DNA of 64,000 bases from Oopsacas minuta. Taxonomy: Eukaryota; Animalia; Porifera. Location of the stretch: positions 822,619 to 886,618 of the forward strand of contig JAKMXF010000111.1 in the NCBI GenBank assembly GCA_024704765.1, written 5' to 3'. The translations under genes and the position numbers were made by a program. The notes under the pieces are model-generated. The model was given only the letters and a program-made list of their open reading frames with translations, had not been told where the DNA came from and did not search any database. How positions within the stretch are numbered: position 1 is the first letter of the stretch; each line of letters starts with the position of its first letter. Below, one piece after another: positions 43,396 through 54,200 of this stretch.

Positions 43396-44100
43396 ATGAG
43401 GGGTGCTGCTAGGACTAAGAGCACTATAACTGAGAATGCTAGGAGTATAAATAAGGAAGAATGGCTCAAGAAGATGGATAACACATCTATTGATAAACAG
43501 TTCCTTGATTCTGTTGTAATGGACTATCTGGTAAAGGAGGGTTTCCAAGATGTAGCTGAGATATTTTCTCAGGAGACTAGCACTCCTCTCCCGCCTGATT
43601 CCATATCTTTCCAACCGATTAAGGTAGCTGTTGAGAAGGGGAATGTAGGAGAAGCGATCTGCAGAACAAATGACATAGATCCTTCTATATTAGAAACTCA
43701 CCATGAATTGTTCTGTCATCTACAACAGTTACAAGTAATTACAATGATTAATAACGGTAATATTGATGCAGCTCTAGACATGGCACAAAATGAATTGAGG
43801 TACAGAGCGGAGGAAGATCCATCTTTTCTACCAGAGTTGGAAAAAACTATTTGTTTGTTAGCTTTCCACGACAAAACTGACTCTCCTTTCCACTACTTGA
43901 ACTCTCCACTGCATCGTATTAAGATAGCACACGAATTGAACTCTGTACTCCTCAATTCACACGGAATAGAGGGAGACAGCAAGCTCCATCATGTGCTGAA
44001 GTTTATAGACTGGTGTGAGAGAGAACTCACCTCTCTCTCTATCCCGCATGCTAAAATGACTGATGTAATAAAGGGGAATATTGAATTCCCACCACTTTAG
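43396..44100 (+). CDS. GID8: GID8/TWA1 CTLH-complex subunit
   Basis: INKEEWLKKM N-terminus, LisH (VMDYLVKEGFQDVAEIF), CTLH and CRA domains. Confidence 0.85.
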   Translation: MRGAARTKSTITENARSINKEEWLKKMDNTSIDKQFLDSVVMDYLVKEGFQDVAEIFSQETSTPLPPDSISFQPIKVAVEKGNVGEAICRTNDIDPSILETHHELFCHLQQLQVITMINNGNIDAALDMAQNELRYRAEEDPSFLPELEKTICLLAFHDKTDSPFHYLNSPLHRIKIAHELNSVLLNSHGIEGDSKLHHVLKFIDWCERELTSLSIPHAKMTDVIKGNIEFPPL

Positions 44101-44242
44101 TTACTTTATATCTCAAATACTTATTTCACATTCTTCTAGTGTAAATTATTAATTGAATGACTTGAATATAAGGATACAGTATTACTCGTGAAATATTCTT
44201 AATAATCGATGTTATAGCATTACTTCTGGATGATAGGATAAA

Positions 44243-45460
44243 ATGATTAGATCGTTTCGCTTGTTCAGATCATTCCATATATCAAGAAGAAATCTTGTCT
44301 TCAATCGTCATGGAATATCTGACTTGTTGAAAACATTTCCTACCTATAGCTCCAAACAATACACTCATTCCTCTCCTCTCAATACTATGATAGAATCATT
44401 AGTAGATTCATATAAACCTCTACAGTTAGAAGGTAAAATCATATTTATGAAATCTCTAGTTGATAATATTCCTAAACATTCTGATACATTGAAAGATATC
44501 GCTACCACTCACGGTGATGATCCGTGTACACAGTTTATACACACAATAGCATTACATCCTAAAGGGTTAGAGCTTGTATTAGAACTTAGGACAGATTTGA
44601 AACAAATAAATACTTTTTTAAACAAAGAAATTGATTATATCACTGAGCTAACAAACTCTATCCACCAGGTGGTCAGCTTATGGTCACGTCGTGCATTTCT
44701 CACATTCAGACTGGTAACAACAGATAGTCCTGTTGAGCTAGTAGATAACATAATACAATCAGAAGCAGTACATCCATTATCTGGGAAAGAAGAATTCAAC
44801 AAACGTGTAACCAACGGTATGTGTTATGCAGTTACACATGATCAGCTGTCTCCTAATATACCTATATCCATGGCATATTGTGGCCTAATAGATTATTTCC
44901 CTACCCACATACAACCTGTACTAAATGGAGCGGGTTTCAAACCGAATATACTACAAAATCCTAGTACAGCTTGTTTCTATACAATATCAAATGCTCATGT
45001 AGGATTTAGTGGTACTGAAGTATCTCATCAGTTGATTAAATATGCTGTCAATTCTATCAGTACTAGATTTCCCTCTGTTTGTACATTCGTCACTCTATCC
45101 CCTATTCCACAATTCCGTAATTGGCTAGTTGATAATAACATATTATTCTGTGATCAACTTGAGGTGTATTCTGCGAATAAGCGCAGAGAATTACTGAGTG
45201 AATGTGCTAAATATCTAGTTAAGGCTAAGAGAGGGAAACGAGTATTTGATCCTGTTGCTAATTTCCATCTGAAGAATGGTGCTATTCTAAGGAAGATAAA
45301 TTGGCTAGCTAATCCTAATGAGAGAGGAATACAACAATCCTTTGGTATAATGGCTAATTATTTATACGAAGTAGATTATCAGGAGAAGAATCGTATCCGT
45401 TATTTACAAGATGGTATTGTAAGTATTTCTGAGGATATTAAACAACTCCTTCATAAGTAG
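44243..45460 (+). CDS. MLYCD: Malonyl-CoA decarboxylase with mitochondrial-type presequence
   Basis: EAVHP, ACFYTISN, FVTLSPIPQF, FDPVANFHLKNGA, QSFGIMANYLY motifs. Confidence 0.92.
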   Translation: MIRSFRLFRSFHISRRNLVFNRHGISDLLKTFPTYSSKQYTHSSPLNTMIESLVDSYKPLQLEGKIIFMKSLVDNIPKHSDTLKDIATTHGDDPCTQFIHTIALHPKGLELVLELRTDLKQINTFLNKEIDYITELTNSIHQVVSLWSRRAFLTFRLVTTDSPVELVDNIIQSEAVHPLSGKEEFNKRVTNGMCYAVTHDQLSPNIPISMAYCGLIDYFPTHIQPVLNGAGFKPNILQNPSTACFYTISNAHVGFSGTEVSHQLIKYAVNSISTRFPSVCTFVTLSPIPQFRNWLVDNNILFCDQLEVYSANKRRELLSECAKYLVKAKRGKRVFDPVANFHLKNGAILRKINWLANPNERGIQQSFGIMANYLYEVDYQEKNRIRYLQDGIVSISEDIKQLLHK

Positions 45461-45617
45461 TTATTATCTCAGCTGTGTTTAAATCAATTTTTTGATTGTT
45501 TGTTTAGCTAATTGATGCTCTACGAGTTAATACCTGTATGCTGTACTATTTGTATGAATTAATTATCGATAAATATTGATAATTATACGTATTTATCGAT
45601 ATTTATCACAATAGTTT

Positions 45618-46457
45618 ATGAGGTTACATAAGCTAGTAGTATCATCATACAAATTATTAGCTCTCTCTTTCCATCCCAGCCCTATGTCTGATACAGGAGA
45701 TTTTCTAGTTTTCATTCCACCCGATCTAACTTCTGCAAAACCTATTCGACTCTATTCGAATCCAATGTGTCCCTTCTCACAGCGTATACGTCTGTCCCTA
45801 CGTGCAAAACAAGTAGATTTCAGTCAGTACTTTGTCCACCTGGTTAGAAAACCAGAATGGTTCTTACAACTGAACCCTCATGGCACCACCCCTACTCTGG
45901 AGCATAAAGGACAGATAATTCCTGACTCTAAAATAGGCATGGAGTATATCGATGAGTGTTTCACTTGTGACAGACGTCTCTTGAGCGTAGATCCGATGGA
46001 GCGAGCACAACAGAAAATATATGTTGAGGAATTTGGTAGTAAATTCCTTCCCTCATTTTTCAAAGTATTGAAGGCAGGAGATCCTGATGGTTCAGGATTT
46101 CTTGGTATCAAAAATTATCTAATTTATTTCAATGAGTTCCTTAACAAGAGAGATCTGCCTCTTGTTTCTGGGGAGGAGCCTGGTTTCCCTGACTATGCAA
46201 TATACCCATTCTTTGAAAGGTTGGAAGGATTAGCAACTGTTTTCTCCAAAGATTTATTGGTCTGGCTACAAGATCAAGCCCACGAGAGTGTTCCATTATT
46301 CTTCGAGTTTATTTCTACTATGCAGAAGGACCCTCCTGTACAAGCTACAGCTCTAACCTCAGAACAACACGCTTCTCATTACAAGAGCTTTAAGCTGGGA
46401 GTACCCAAATACTGTGTAGATTCTACTACTCCTCTATACACAGCTCCACCTAAATAG
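45618..46457 (+). CDS. GSTO1: Glutathione S-transferase omega-like
   Basis: RLYSNPMCPFSQRIRL active site, KPEWFLQLNP.G..P, DS..MEYIDE, C-terminal PFFERL. Confidence 0.85.
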   Translation: MRLHKLVVSSYKLLALSFHPSPMSDTGDFLVFIPPDLTSAKPIRLYSNPMCPFSQRIRLSLRAKQVDFSQYFVHLVRKPEWFLQLNPHGTTPTLEHKGQIIPDSKIGMEYIDECFTCDRRLLSVDPMERAQQKIYVEEFGSKFLPSFFKVLKAGDPDGSGFLGIKNYLIYFNEFLNKRDLPLVSGEEPGFPDYAIYPFFERLEGLATVFSKDLLVWLQDQAHESVPLFFEFISTMQKDPPVQATALTSEQHASHYKSFKLGVPKYCVDSTTPLYTAPPK

Positions 46458-46632
46458 TCACATACACCTTATTCGAGAAAAAATGATTTTATCTTCCTTA
46501 ATCATTAGACTTAGATTTATAGAATACACCTTAATATAGTTTGAATTTATAAATTCTATTCTTTCTAAAAGGTGATAACTGTTTCCACTTTCAATGATTT
46601 ATTTTGATATTTCCCTTTCTTGTTAGTTAGAA

Positions 46633-48264
46633 ATGCCAAACATAGGATTTCATTTCGAGAAGATACCAATCCCTAGTTTGAGAGCTTACTCCTACTTCAG
46701 CTGTCTGAGTCTGTTAACTGCTCTCAGCTATTACTGTTGCTTCTCTAAGGAGAGTTTCACTCTAACATTCACAAATCAGCCCTGGTGCACAGCTGCTGTA
46801 CTTAACATGTGTTATTGTACCTGGTTCTTAATTCTAGCCAGCATCAAGGAGCATATATTCGGACCTATACGGAACCAGGAGATTGAAAATATCCAAGATA
46901 CTTTCTGGAATTTTGTATTCCACAAGTGTATTTTTGTATTCGGTGTTCTGAATGTACAGAACATGTTAAAATTCATATGCTGGATGGGTTGGTTAGGGGT
47001 ATTAGGCTCTCTGCATATTCTAACACAGCTGTGTATAGATCGTAGTGATGACATAAGTCTTAGGAGGAGACAGAGTGGGGAGACTCAAGTTAAGATTCTT
47101 CTTCTGCTGTTATGTATTCTATCTTGTTGCGGTTTGCTTGTGTATGCAGCCATGTCTATTGGCTACTTCCTGGGATTAAACTACATGGCTTTGTTAGCTG
47201 CTGAACTTATCATAGTAATATCTAAAGTACTACAGACTATTATAGAACAACAAATACACGTGTGGAACTTCAATCATCCTGAGCAGGTCTGGGAGAATAA
47301 GTTTGTGTATTTACACTACACAGAGATTGTCTTCTCACTACTTACCTTGTCTATAGACTTTGCACACCACATACATATGTTGCTGTGGGTGGACATGTTT
47401 TTGAGCATGGCTAGTTTAGTACTACTCATGAAACTACGGTTCTTATACCAAGAAATTTACCAGAAGCTGGAGAAGCATAGAAGTCATTGGACAATCACAC
47501 ATAACATACAGAACCTGTTGGATAGGGTGGAGCCTAGGCGTGAGAAGTGTACTATCTGTTGGGATAATATTAATCCAGGTCGTATTCTGCGGTGTGGTCA
47601 CGTGTTTCATACCCCGTGTCTTTATACATGGCTACGGGACCATCAGACATGTCCCGTGTGTAGAGAAGACTTGTTTTATTTATTTGGTACTAGTTTTCAG
47701 TTAGAGAACGCTCTTTCTCTCCTTACACGTCTAACTGGTACCGGTAGGGGAGCTCCACATAGGAGAAACTTATTTATTTTCGCAGGCTCCACTTTAGCCA
47801 GCTGGCTGCCTAATTTCTCAGTAGAGGTTGTAGATAATGAAGTGTTACATTCTGTACATGTGTTATCCACAAGAGATCTTCACATGATGGCATCACAGAT
47901 CCATCAAGTGTTCCCGAATATATCTACATACGTCATTCTATTAGACCTATCTCAGACTAATTCTATGTCTATGACTGTAGATAATATAGTACAGGGTAAC
48001 TTCTATTCTCCTGATCTGGGAGATTCGGCTAATAAAGGTAGTTTTGATAATGAAACACGTAAAAAGGAATGTCGAGAAGTTCTAGAACAAAATGTTGTAA
48101 CGATAGATGATGGAAATGAAACAACAGAGAGAGAATCTATACATCCTTGTCAATGGGCAGATCACACAGATGAGAGAGAGAACATGTTGGAACGAAAGAG
48201 AGACTGGCTAATTAGATTGAATAAGAATAGATTTCTAGATAAGTACCCTAATGAAAAACTTTAA
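46633..48264 (+). CDS. AMFR: gp78/AMFR ERAD E3 ubiquitin ligase, intronless
   Basis: Multi-TM N-terminus, RING-H2 CTICWD...CGHVFH..CL..W....TCPVCR, CUE domain (MASQIHQVFPNI...DL..T). Confidence 0.9.
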   Translation: MPNIGFHFEKIPIPSLRAYSYFSCLSLLTALSYYCCFSKESFTLTFTNQPWCTAAVLNMCYCTWFLILASIKEHIFGPIRNQEIENIQDTFWNFVFHKCIFVFGVLNVQNMLKFICWMGWLGVLGSLHILTQLCIDRSDDISLRRRQSGETQVKILLLLLCILSCCGLLVYAAMSIGYFLGLNYMALLAAELIIVISKVLQTIIEQQIHVWNFNHPEQVWENKFVYLHYTEIVFSLLTLSIDFAHHIHMLLWVDMFLSMASLVLLMKLRFLYQEIYQKLEKHRSHWTITHNIQNLLDRVEPRREKCTICWDNINPGRILRCGHVFHTPCLYTWLRDHQTCPVCREDLFYLFGTSFQLENALSLLTRLTGTGRGAPHRRNLFIFAGSTLASWLPNFSVEVVDNEVLHSVHVLSTRDLHMMASQIHQVFPNISTYVILLDLSQTNSMSMTVDNIVQGNFYSPDLGDSANKGSFDNETRKKECREVLEQNVVTIDDGNETTERESIHPCQWADHTDERENMLERKRDWLIRLNKNRFLDKYPNEKL

Positions 48265-50498
48265 CCTAGAGTCCCAGATATATATTCTCTAATAAATTCT
48301 ACTTTGAGTGCTGTGCAATTCTATCTTATACACATTTAATACCCTTTTATTTCCCGGAATATTTAAGTTATGAAGCCATAACGAATAGTATATTAAATTT
48401 ATATACGTAAAATACTATCACAAATATTTAAATATTTTATTACGTTTAGAGGTTCAGAACATAATTAACATGTATCAATTTTTGAATTCTTTTTACATAA
48501 GTATAAATAGGCAAATGTACAGACGCATTAATATAATTCAAACTCAAAACGAGAATATTCTTATACTCTAAATAACCAACAAATATGAGATTATAGCAAG
48601 CGGTTATAACAATATTACGATAATGGAATAGATCTTTGTTAACAGATATACCTCATACTAGTTGGTTTTGTGTTTGAGCGTGAGCCACCTTGAAAACCTA
48701 CAAAATGTAAATGATACGTTGTAATTAGTTGTATAGTACTCGTTGATGACAGCGAATCGCAACCAACTGTCAATGAAACTATATTTTTAATCTGTATAAA
48801 ATGGCTTATGTGAGGTTGCAAATAATTCATTTTCCATTGTGCATTGACTCTGGTAGCATACAATAATTATATATTCTAGTTGCTGTGGGAGACATTGGTA
48901 TACAGAAACTGTCAGGTATATAATAGTATGTATTTTTGCATGTAATCTCGTCATATTGATTCGGGTATTAGCGGTATTACGGCCGTATCTGTTTATATTT
49001 AAAACGGTGTGCATTTGTGATGGGAGGATGTCTATTTTTCAGGATTGTGTTTTATTACGTATGAACGGCTCCCTCGCTAACCTATCCAACATCCAATATA
49101 GTTAGCATCATTCTCAAATTGAAAACATATATAACTGATATCTCTAGAAACGATTAGACCTTATTTATCTTACTAACATTTACATGAGAACTCAAATCAC
49201 TTCCTAAAATTAATTGACAACAGATATTGGTCAGGTATTATCTAAATTAGATTAGATAGCGTCTCGAGAGAGCTTTCAATCCTAAGAATTAGATTCTGGT
49301 CCTTCAGATATCAATTGAAATTGATATCACAAAAGTACTACGTATATGACTCGATGGTATAGGGCCATATAATACATGTCAATACTGGTAATATTCACCA
49401 TAATATGTCTCAGGAATTCAAATTATAATTATTAAGTATCACCATTATGACTATAATGTAGAATATGTACGTGCTGTCTTATATCATTCTACTTCCGTTA
49501 GATTACCACACAAATCAGCGGAATAACCATTATTCAAGCTATTTCAATCCAAAATTGTTATAATATTAATGACGTATATTTATATGGACTAGAATCCGTC
49601 TCTCAAGTATTTGCTAGATCTCAAGAATACCAAATGAAATCAATTCATGCTAAACAGCTCTTTCAAAATACTATTCAGGCAAAAACACAATTTATGTAAC
49701 ATAAGTACCATCATGTGAGGTTATAACGTTACTAGTATAACCTGAGTAATAAATCCAAGATCATTTCCATCTTCATGAATATTTTGAATTATTCAAGTGT
49801 AGTATCTGTTTCCATCTTAATGATGGTTTAATGTATTTTATTGGCTTTTAAATCTCATCTGTATCAGTTAACGGACACATAAGAATTTTAATAATATCTA
49901 GCGATCATATCTGAATTATTCCTGAGATTTGGTGAAGATAATCAATACTTGTAGGATGTAGTTAGTGTAGTACAAATGCGTAATTTAGTTAATTGGAAGT
50001 TGATTTGATTTGGTATCGAAGCAGTTTTAAATTCGCATTCTGCAATTTCTCTTAATTAATATACAAATTAAAATACAAGAAATATTTGTGGCAGCCTTGC
50101 GTATTAATGAAAATACCGCAGTTTATTATTCCTATTCATAATAATCAATATGTTGTAAGCAGGTAGTTCACTCGTCGTTTTACATATAAAGATTATGCAT
50201 TCTGATCTGAAGACGAATATTTAGGTTATGAGACAAAACCAAAAATATTCTCAAGTTACAATATCCACGGCAAATTTAAAAATGCAATCTGTTGGTTACT
50301 GTATAAGGCCTTAGTTAGTCGTTACATCACTTATTAACTGGCACACTGTTATAATATAATATCAGGTCAGTACAGCGTACGAATTGTAGATATATATAAA
50401 GCAATAGGCCGTGTATGAATGAAGGTAATTAGGTAGAGCATTATAAACTGTGTCAATATTAAACATATTAAACTATTCTCGAGACAGGTGAGATACAA

Positions 50499-52685
50499 AT
50501 GAGCTATCAAAATATACAGGATTTCAATGGACAACCTGACGGAAGGAAGAACACAGACAAGAAACGAAAGCGTCGAGTTCGCTGCCACAAATGTCACGAA
50601 CCTTGCTCTGGAGAAGTACTAAAGGTTCAAGATAGACATTTCCATATAAATTGTTTTTATTGCAGTGTATGCAATCACAGACTTTTCAGTGGTGGCTTCT
50701 ACGTACGAGGTGAGGAGTATTATTGTACAGATGATTACCAGAATCTTTACGGTACTAAATGCTTCGTTTGTCATAAATATGTAGAAGGAGAAGTTGTGAC
50801 AGCTCTCAATAACACGTACCATAAGGAATGTTTTAGTTGTGATTCATGTAAGCTTACCTTCTCGCCTGGCTCCACTGTGACGTATGATGGACGTTCTTAT
50901 TTGTGTCAAAATTGTCTCGATTTGAACAGATCCCCTAGTACGGGATTTAACAGCACGGTACCAGATATAGGACTACCTCCTACAGTATTTCCAAACAATT
51001 TTGAAGCTCGCTCCTCTTACAACAATCATTTTCTTACTCCATACGAACCTCCCTCTCGCAGACAAGAAGAGAAGCGAGTAAAATGTTACAAATGTCACCA
51101 ATACATTAATCACAGCACACTAGTAGTAGCAATGGACAAGTTATGGCATCAATGGTGCTTTACTTGTTTAGTTTGTCAGCGGATGATGGCAGGAAAGTTT
51201 GTAGCGCGAGGTGATGATATATACTGTGAAAAACATTATTTTGAAACGTTTGGAGTACGATGCATTTCTTGTCACAAGTACATTACTGGAAAGGTACTGA
51301 TGGCTAACAAAGCATGTTATCATTACGAGTGTGCTGTGTGTGCATACTGTAATCTCAGTTTTAATAATGACCAGGATCTTTACAAGGAATCAGATGGAGC
51401 TAGGCTATGGCACCAGGAATGTGGTCTAACTTCAAGACAGCAGCTGATTAGTAGACCTGAAGATATAGCCAATGAGGAGAATAACCTTTCGTCAATAATG
51501 ATTTCAGATATCAGCACAGGTTCTCATCCCTTCTCTAGAGAAGAGATGAAGACACCAACTCCACAATCTGAAGATGTTTCTATCTCAATCGCCTCAGGAA
51601 TGCAATCCCCACCTAAAGTAACACATGTACGTGATTTCTCTCATGATAGCAACGATCTCAATTCTCAGAGGAGCAGGCACAACTCTTTGTTATCTCAGAA
51701 CACTCCAAACAGCCCAAATGGGATATCATCCCTGCAGTCTACAGCATCTGATAGTCAGCTGACTCAAATACAAGAGAAGAAGGATAAGAAGATATTCTCT
51801 CCCAAGAACGAGCCTCCTTTAGGCGGAGTTCTGCGTAACTCTACTAATACACACTTGAGCCAATCTAGACGGAGGGTAATGTCAGACACATATCATAGCA
51901 TTATCCATAGCAACAGTAATAGTAACAATAAAAACTTCAAACAAGCTCACGAGTTTTTCACTAGTAAAGGACTTTCCACTGAAACTCTACAGCTGCCTGG
52001 CAATGAGAATTCTCCTTCTAGTATTCGCCATAGACAGAATTCAGATATTTCTACAAACAGTAGTAATAGTGGTGACAAACAGCTGAATCCTATCTCTATC
52101 AGTCCTAAGCGTAGCCCTTTAATCACATCCTCTGAAACTTCTACACTGAAACGAACATTGAAGGAAACATATAACTATTTCGATAGTACAGTTGCTGAAC
52201 AAGTTGAAGATCCTTCTCCAGTGCTAGAGGAAATACCTACAGCTAGTTTTATATCCGTACAAAACTCTACAACAACTACTTCATCAAGCTCCAGTTTAAA
52301 CAGCAACGCTACACGCCTCGAGTGCTCAATATCTGATCATTCAAGTCCCTCATCTGACCCAACACGTAGAGTTGAAAGGAATATACAAAAGCATAATGTG
52401 GATAGTTACAACTCTCTTAATAAGAGTAAGAGAAAATCGCGAGTTAAATCTGCGGTTTTAAACACAAAATCAGCTTCTTATAACCCAACTATCTACCCCC
52501 TTGAGAGACTGCTAGTAACCGCGGGAGAATATCAAGTATTTCCTAAAGATGTAGACAGATACAAATTAGAACAACATTTGTCTGAAGAAGATTTTAGTTT
52601 AATTTTCTCAATGAGTAAAGTTGAGTTCTACGGCATGCCCCCTTGGAAACAAAGCGACTTGAAGAAGAGAGTAAAACTTTTTTAA
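50499..52685 (+). CDS. ABLIM: Actin-binding LIM protein (LIM domains plus villin headpiece), intronless
   Basis: Four LIM domains and C-terminal headpiece LEQHLSEEDF...F.MSKVEF..MPPWKQSDLKKRVKLF. Confidence 0.9.
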   Translation: MSYQNIQDFNGQPDGRKNTDKKRKRRVRCHKCHEPCSGEVLKVQDRHFHINCFYCSVCNHRLFSGGFYVRGEEYYCTDDYQNLYGTKCFVCHKYVEGEVVTALNNTYHKECFSCDSCKLTFSPGSTVTYDGRSYLCQNCLDLNRSPSTGFNSTVPDIGLPPTVFPNNFEARSSYNNHFLTPYEPPSRRQEEKRVKCYKCHQYINHSTLVVAMDKLWHQWCFTCLVCQRMMAGKFVARGDDIYCEKHYFETFGVRCISCHKYITGKVLMANKACYHYECAVCAYCNLSFNNDQDLYKESDGARLWHQECGLTSRQQLISRPEDIANEENNLSSIMISDISTGSHPFSREEMKTPTPQSEDVSISIASGMQSPPKVTHVRDFSHDSNDLNSQRSRHNSLLSQNTPNSPNGISSLQSTASDSQLTQIQEKKDKKIFSPKNEPPLGGVLRNSTNTHLSQSRRRVMSDTYHSIIHSNSNSNNKNFKQAHEFFTSKGLSTETLQLPGNENSPSSIRHRQNSDISTNSSNSGDKQLNPISISPKRSPLITSSETSTLKRTLKETYNYFDSTVAEQVEDPSPVLEEIPTASFISVQNSTTTTSSSSSLNSNATRLECSISDHSSPSSDPTRRVERNIQKHNVDSYNSLNKSKRKSRVKSAVLNTKSASYNPTIYPLERLLVTAGEYQVFPKDVDRYKLEQHLSEEDFSLIFSMSKVEFYGMPPWKQSDLKKRVKLF

Positions 52686-53530
52686 TCAATTCAACCCCCC
52701 TCGAGCGAATTCATAGAAATTTCCCAGATATAAGTTCTATTACTGTAATGTATTTAAACAAGTTATACGTTTTTACATTTTATCCAACTTAGAGTCTCCG
52801 TACACATACATAGATGCATCTACGTATTCAAATTATTGTTACAGATTGTATGAATAAATGATTTAGAGATAATCTCTTTTAGCTAAGGGATATTACATAA
52901 TAATAAATCGTAGTATAAGAACTTACCTTAATTTCTCCCTCACCACCAGCAGAGAACAGATACTCGTTCACTATAGCTAATGCATTCACTACTCCTTTAT
53001 GTCTCTGTAATTTCTGAAACGCCAGCATGATGGGAGTGTGCCAAACCTAATAACAAACATATTATATTCATGTTATGTATAACTGATTGTCTAGGGTCAA
53101 AATACATATGTCTACGTAGAAAATAACAGGCAATATATTATGCAAACATTCAATCACTATACGTAGAAATAATAATTGTACATGATGGGGGCTATTCCAG
53201 AGGAAATTGTATCATTAACAACGCCCACGCCCCCGACTGATAAAATCTATATATTAATTAGTAACAATTAAATACAGTTATAGGTTGACAGCTCACTAGC
53301 TTGAGTGGGCTACGTTGGTTTCTTTATTATCTACTGAGTATGATATCACCCCAATTATCTACATGCCATCTGTGCCATGATGTAACTATACATTCTACAC
53401 CATGCGCCACTGAACTTTATCCTAATTAAATTATAAGCAGAATATTATACACGTAGCTATTAAGGGATAATTGTGTTATTAAATTTATTTTACACATCTA
53501 ATATTATCTGTCAGATATCAGCATAGTTAA

Positions 53531-54124
53531 ATGGCATATGTAATAGATGGAGATAAATGTGATGCGAAGATAACCTGGCTGCCTGTATCGGGTAGTTTGA
53601 AGACAGGAGAATTGGTAGAGCTGATACAGTTAGTAGAAGAGGATGATAAGTTATCCAGAGAAGCTCTAGCACTGAAAGATATATTCAATGACATCATAGA
53701 AGAAGGATTGACATACCCACAATTAGGTTATCACGATGAATCTCGCTTTAAGAGCTATTATCTGAGCCATGCAGCGTTTGCTCTAAGGCTAGCAAACAGT
53801 GGGAAAGTTATAGGTGGATTCTATATAAAGCCTAATTTCCCAGGAAGATGTTCTCATATATGTAACGCAGGGTTTATAGTGGATATGGCCTGGAGAGGGA
53901 AAGGAGCAGGTAGGTTTATGGCTGAGCAGTATAAACTACTAGCTCCAGAGCTGGGGTATAGAGCATCGATGTTCAATCTCGTATTTGTATCAAACCAGGG
54001 ATCAATCCACCTGTGGGAGAGTTTAGGATTCAAGAAAATAGGTGTAGTCCCACAAGCTGGTAATCTGAAGGGTATAGGCTACCAGGATGCTCTACAGTTC
54101 TATTTCAGCTTTGTTAAAGAATAA
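53531..54124 (+). CDS. GNAT N-acetyltransferase, Mpr1/Spt10-N-like
   Basis: GFYIKPNFPGRCSHICNAGF, RGKGAG acetyl-CoA motif, MFNLVFVSN...W..LGF..IG. Confidence 0.85.
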   Translation: MAYVIDGDKCDAKITWLPVSGSLKTGELVELIQLVEEDDKLSREALALKDIFNDIIEEGLTYPQLGYHDESRFKSYYLSHAAFALRLANSGKVIGGFYIKPNFPGRCSHICNAGFIVDMAWRGKGAGRFMAEQYKLLAPELGYRASMFNLVFVSNQGSIHLWESLGFKKIGVVPQAGNLKGIGYQDALQFYFSFVKE

Positions 54125-54200
54125 TTTCAACATTGATTCTCTAAAATTATTACTCTTGTTTTATATTCAGAATATATTACATATAGGGAGGGGGTAATTA

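Noticed and set aside
48300-50450. Long AT-rich gap with short ORFs between AMFR and abLIM
   Set aside because: No coherent gene, repeat or RNA structure found.
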